DNA of 64,000 nucleotides from Macrostomum hystrix (Eukaryota; Animalia; Platyhelminthes): NCBI GenBank assembly GCA_950097015.1, contig CATNEN010000025.1, positions 7,440,001 to 7,504,000 of the forward strand, read 5' to 3'. Shown piece by piece: positions 60,501 to 64,000 of this stretch (position 1 is its first letter; each line of letters starts with the position of its first letter). The notes under the pieces were generated by a model. It saw only the letters and a program-made list of their open reading frames with translations, ran no database searches and was not told where the DNA came from. The position numbers and the translations under genes were made by a program.

Positions 60501-63500
60501 ATGCCAACAATCGGCAAAGTGATGTTGAAGCTTCTAGCTCTGCAGCTACTGACCGTTGTCACCATCACCGCCGGTGACGACGCAGACGACCCAGTGGCCT
60601 GCGTGCCCGGCAGCCTGAACCTGGCCGTGCTGCACTCGAGCTTCGACTGTCCGCCCTACAGGTCCGAGAATTCCCTATTCATGCGCTACGCAATTCTGAG
60701 CACAGTTGCTCAACTGTCCAACGATCCGGCCGGGGCATTCGCTAGATACAATCTTAGCCTGGGCTTTGTCCACATGGATCCCTGCTGGTCTGTGCCTAAC
60801 CTGCTCGGCTTCACTCACCTGCTGCGGCCGCAGTGGCTCCATCCGGCTCAAGTTGTCAACTCGCCAGAGACCGCCTGTCGTCTGCGATGCAGCCTCACCG
60901 GCGAGAGGATGCACCTGACGCTGGGCATTGTTGGCGACTGGAGCAGCACGCAGTCGGATTATTTGAGCGCCGCAGTCAGGGGCTTCGGCATGCCGCAGGT
61001 GGCCACCGAAGCCAGCAGCGACTCGCTCAATTCGCTTCTCTTTCGACTAGCAGCGCCGGATTCTTATCAGAGCCAGGTGGGGATTTGGGTGTCAGGGTAG
61101 GGATTTGGGGTGTCAGGGTAGGAATTTGGGTGTCAGGGTAGGGATTTGGGGTGTCAGAGTAGGGATTTGGGTGTCAGGGTAGGGATTTGGGGTGTCAGGG
61201 TAGGGATTTGGGTGTCAGGGTAGGGATTTGGGTGTCAGGTTAGGGATTTTTGAATGTCAGGGTAGGATTTGGGGTGTCAGATTAGGGATTTTTGGGTGTC
61301 AGGTAGGATTGAGGTGTCAGGGTAGTATTTGGGGTGTCAAGATAGGATTTAAGTGTCAGGGTAGGATTTGAGGTGTCAGGGTACGGATTCGGGCTGTCAG
61401 GGTATGGATTTGGGGTGTCAGGGTTGGATTTGGGGTGTCAGGGTTGGATTTGGGGTGTCAGGGCAGGATTCAAGATGTCGGCAGGGTAGTGATCAAGTCA
61501 CCTCAGCGTAATGACTTGGGTTGACAAGTTTCGGATTTTAGTCCACAGTTTGGGATCAATTTGAGATTTTAATATTGTGGTGAAAATTTGAGATGGTTGG
61601 ATAAGTATTTGGGATGTCAGGTCGGGATTCAGGGACGCAGGAAGGGGTTTATGAAGGTCATATTGAGGACATTGAGTTGCCTCATTCTCGACCAATCAAG
61701 GTCATCATGGACATCATCCTGCGCTTCGGCTGGTCTTACATTGGTCTGATCTACAGCGACGAAGTCTATGGCAACAACCTGGCCTTGGCCCTGCGTGAAC
61801 GAATCTCCGCCCTGCCACCCGGCCGGGTCTGCCTGGCATTCTACCTGGCAACTAACCGGCTGAGCAGCGCCGATGATCTGCTCAGGCCGCTGCAAGCGGC
61901 GCCCGGGGTTCGAGTCCTGTTGGTTGCCAGTGATAAACTCGCCGCTCTACTGGTCAATCCGGAGCTGAAGGAGCTGTTTATCAATCGCCGGATGATCGTC
62001 ATTGGCACCGACAACGCCCGTGGCTCTGGCCCCTTAACTAGGTAAAATATACATAAAATATACACCTAGACACAGTAGAGCCAGATTTACTGCCAGCTAT
62101 GCTGTACAACATCTGTACAGTCCGTGGACAGGCTAATACTAGTACCCATTTTTCAGCTGGTTGAACTAAATAAATAGGGAATGTAGTCCAAGGAGCCAAG
62201 GGCTCTTATGCATTCGATATATGTAATTACTTGCAATCAGATCCATTGGAAGACAGCGGTGTATCGTATAGACATTAGTATGTATCCAGCCAATCGCGAA
62301 GCTGGACAAAGGCAGACTTTAAAGATACTTAACCAGCCAAGCCAATCGGCTAGCGGGAAAGGGGTGGAGCAGAAACGAACGCAACTATCCCGGCCAATTA
62401 GCGAACAGCGTAGAGCGTACAGATTCACAACCATCACAGCGAATGAAACAAAAAACTATTTATGCACAATGCACAATAAAATGCGCGTTATAACTAATAT
62501 GCTACTTTACTCTTTTAATATTGGCTTAACGGATGCCAATCAATATCTTTTTCATTTGAAACTGCCTGCATAAATTCAGACTAACTACTTCGTTGCTAGA
62601 ATTTACTTTAAAAATCAGAGATGGGACTCAAATATGGAAGTGAAAGTGCATAGTGCTTCAAATGACTTTTTGCATTTTTAATGCATTTGCTCAATTGAAA
62701 TCTGAACCTCTGATCAGGCTTTGATAAATATGATAACTATAACTAACAATAGAAGCCCCTTACTGTGGAAGTCTTCTCAAATTCTAATTAGAAATGTTGA
62801 CTAAAAGGAAAAAACACGCCCTGGAAATTTTTTTTTAATTTCATTTCCTTGTTTTCCCATCAGTTTAATTGTTATCCGAATTCTTGGAGTTCGATACACG
62901 CCCCGAGGGTTAGAAATTTGGGTGCGCGGTGCGAACCACAGTCCATGGACTGGCTTTGGATGCGTTGTGCAATCGTTGTGGCCGTGCCACTGGCTGTACC
63001 TGTGGCTTAATCGGGTGAGTATTGTTTGTTTCCTTCAATTCCTATCCCTCTTGTTCGCAGGTATTCAATGTACATTCGCTTCTCATCCTACCCCACGCCG
63101 GACCTGGCAATGAGCTACCTGAATCTGACGGCAGGCGAGCTGGCCGGCCTACCGGGTGGTAGCCTGGTGGCAAAGGCGCTGTTCAACTGCAGCCGGCCGG
63201 CCGACTGTCCGGTCGGTGTCCGGGTGGCCGAACGCAGCCGGCTGCGGCCAGACAGCATCGTTGGCGCAGCGGCTCGACTGTCCGACGCTGTGCGCGCCCT
63301 CGGTCTAGCCATCGGCGCAGTTATCGACGCCGTCGCTGTTGGCAACGTCAGCAGCTGCGGTCCAGGCGTCGATGCGTCGAATCGAACGGCTCTCGTGGCC
63401 TGCCTGACCGGGCCGAACATCAAAGCGACTCTGCAGCTGCTGAGTTTTCGAGGCGCTACCGGCCTGGTGTCGTTCACAGCGCAGGGCAGCGCACTTCCAA

Positions 63501-63709
63501 ACTACGTGGTGATGCAGCAGCAGACAGACAGCGCCATAGGCCTCGCCCGGGTGGCAACATGGGACTCGCAATTCGGGCTTCGCTTTGTTGCCAACTTCAG
63601 CGCCAACTCGACGCCTCCAAACAGAAACGAAGCTCCCGTCATCTGGTGGGACAGTGGCAACCCGCCCGAGTCCGTCTGCAGCCAGCCGTGCCAGGCCGGG
63701 CAGTTTAAG
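60501..63709 (+). CDS. Class C GPCR (mGluR/CaSR-like) extracellular Venus flytrap region, 3 exons seen (60501-61076, 61701-62041, 63061-63709); probably continues beyond the window
   Basis: Signal peptide; DPC; GDWSS; PQV; PDSYQSQ|VIMDIILRFGWSYIGLIYSDEVYG; GTD; DAVRAL; SFRGATGLVSF; PESVCSQPC start of the Cys-rich domain. Junction phases 0 and 2 are consistent. Confidence 0.85.
61077..61480. repeat. 20-21-bp G-rich minisatellite (CAGGGTAGGGATTTGGGGTGT)n, class C GPCR intron 1
   Basis: Begins at the donor site; multiple GGG runs per unit. Confidence 0.9.
62075..62165 (-). mobile_element. Internally deleted fragment of the same SINE-like family
   Basis: GTTCAACCAGCTGAAAAATGGGTACTAG..GTCCACGGACTG..ATAGCTGGCAGT parallels 48590-48750. 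Confidence 0.45.
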
Positions 63710-64000
63710 GCAAGCTAAATAATAATTGCAGGAGGGCAGCATGTAATTATCTATGTTAAATGATTGGTGACACTGGACCTGCAGCCAGCGAGGAGGCAAT
63801 TCTGCCCATTCCGCTGACTCTTGAGCACACACGCACACACAGATACTGTATGCAGGCATACACTCACACAGGTGTGTACATCGGCCCCGACTTTCTCATC
63901 GTCAGGCAGTGTACACTCTCACTGTGCCTTGGAGGTTGGCCTTCAAGGGCGTAAATTACATGACAAGCCCTCAAGCCTTCTCTCCGTGGCTGCGCCCCAA

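Noticed and set aside
59324-60510. Cys-rich ORFs (CTESKTD, CFGFCT repeats) resembling metallothionein or keratin-associated proteins
   Set aside because: 24- and 29-bp arrays open on both strands with no supporting gene structure.
62910-63014. Extra class C GPCR exon ending at GTGAGT 63015
   Set aside because: No phase-compatible acceptor, and the direct 62041/63061 join already gives mGluR-like spacing.

Overview
Eukaryotic (animal) genomic DNA. GC-rich coding exons sit in AT-rich spacers, and about 23 unrelated minisatellite arrays cover roughly 24 kb (~38% by my boundaries). This architecture and gene style suggest a free-living flatworm such as Macrostomum (inference only). Gene models built by hand from splice sites: (1) a two-exon secreted 103-aa, 10-Cys peptide that is absent from the ORF track (3019-4427, -); (2) a three-exon secreted, highly cationic SUEL/Gal-lectin protein (6228-8699, -); (3) two class A GPCRs with uninterrupted 7TM regions; (4) a 139-aa orphan helical ORF; (5) a five-exon SIK-like AMPK-family kinase (27912-42992, -); (6) a TULIP/Grp7-like protein without a signal peptide; (7) a class I eIF4E with a ~250-aa N-terminal extension; (8) an intronless PKA type II regulatory subunit whose inhibitor site is a pseudosubstrate (RRVAV); (9) the 5' part of a class C (Venus flytrap) GPCR. 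Mobile DNA: two decayed RNase H-bearing non-LTR retrotransposons, a palindromic MITE-like family (3 copies), a tRNA-headed SINE-like family (3 copies) and a foldback-like inverted pair of 30-bp arrays. No CRISPR, rRNA or intact tRNA found. Most long ORFs in the supplied track are translations of minisatellites. All family assignments come from motif recognition by eye; no searches were run.
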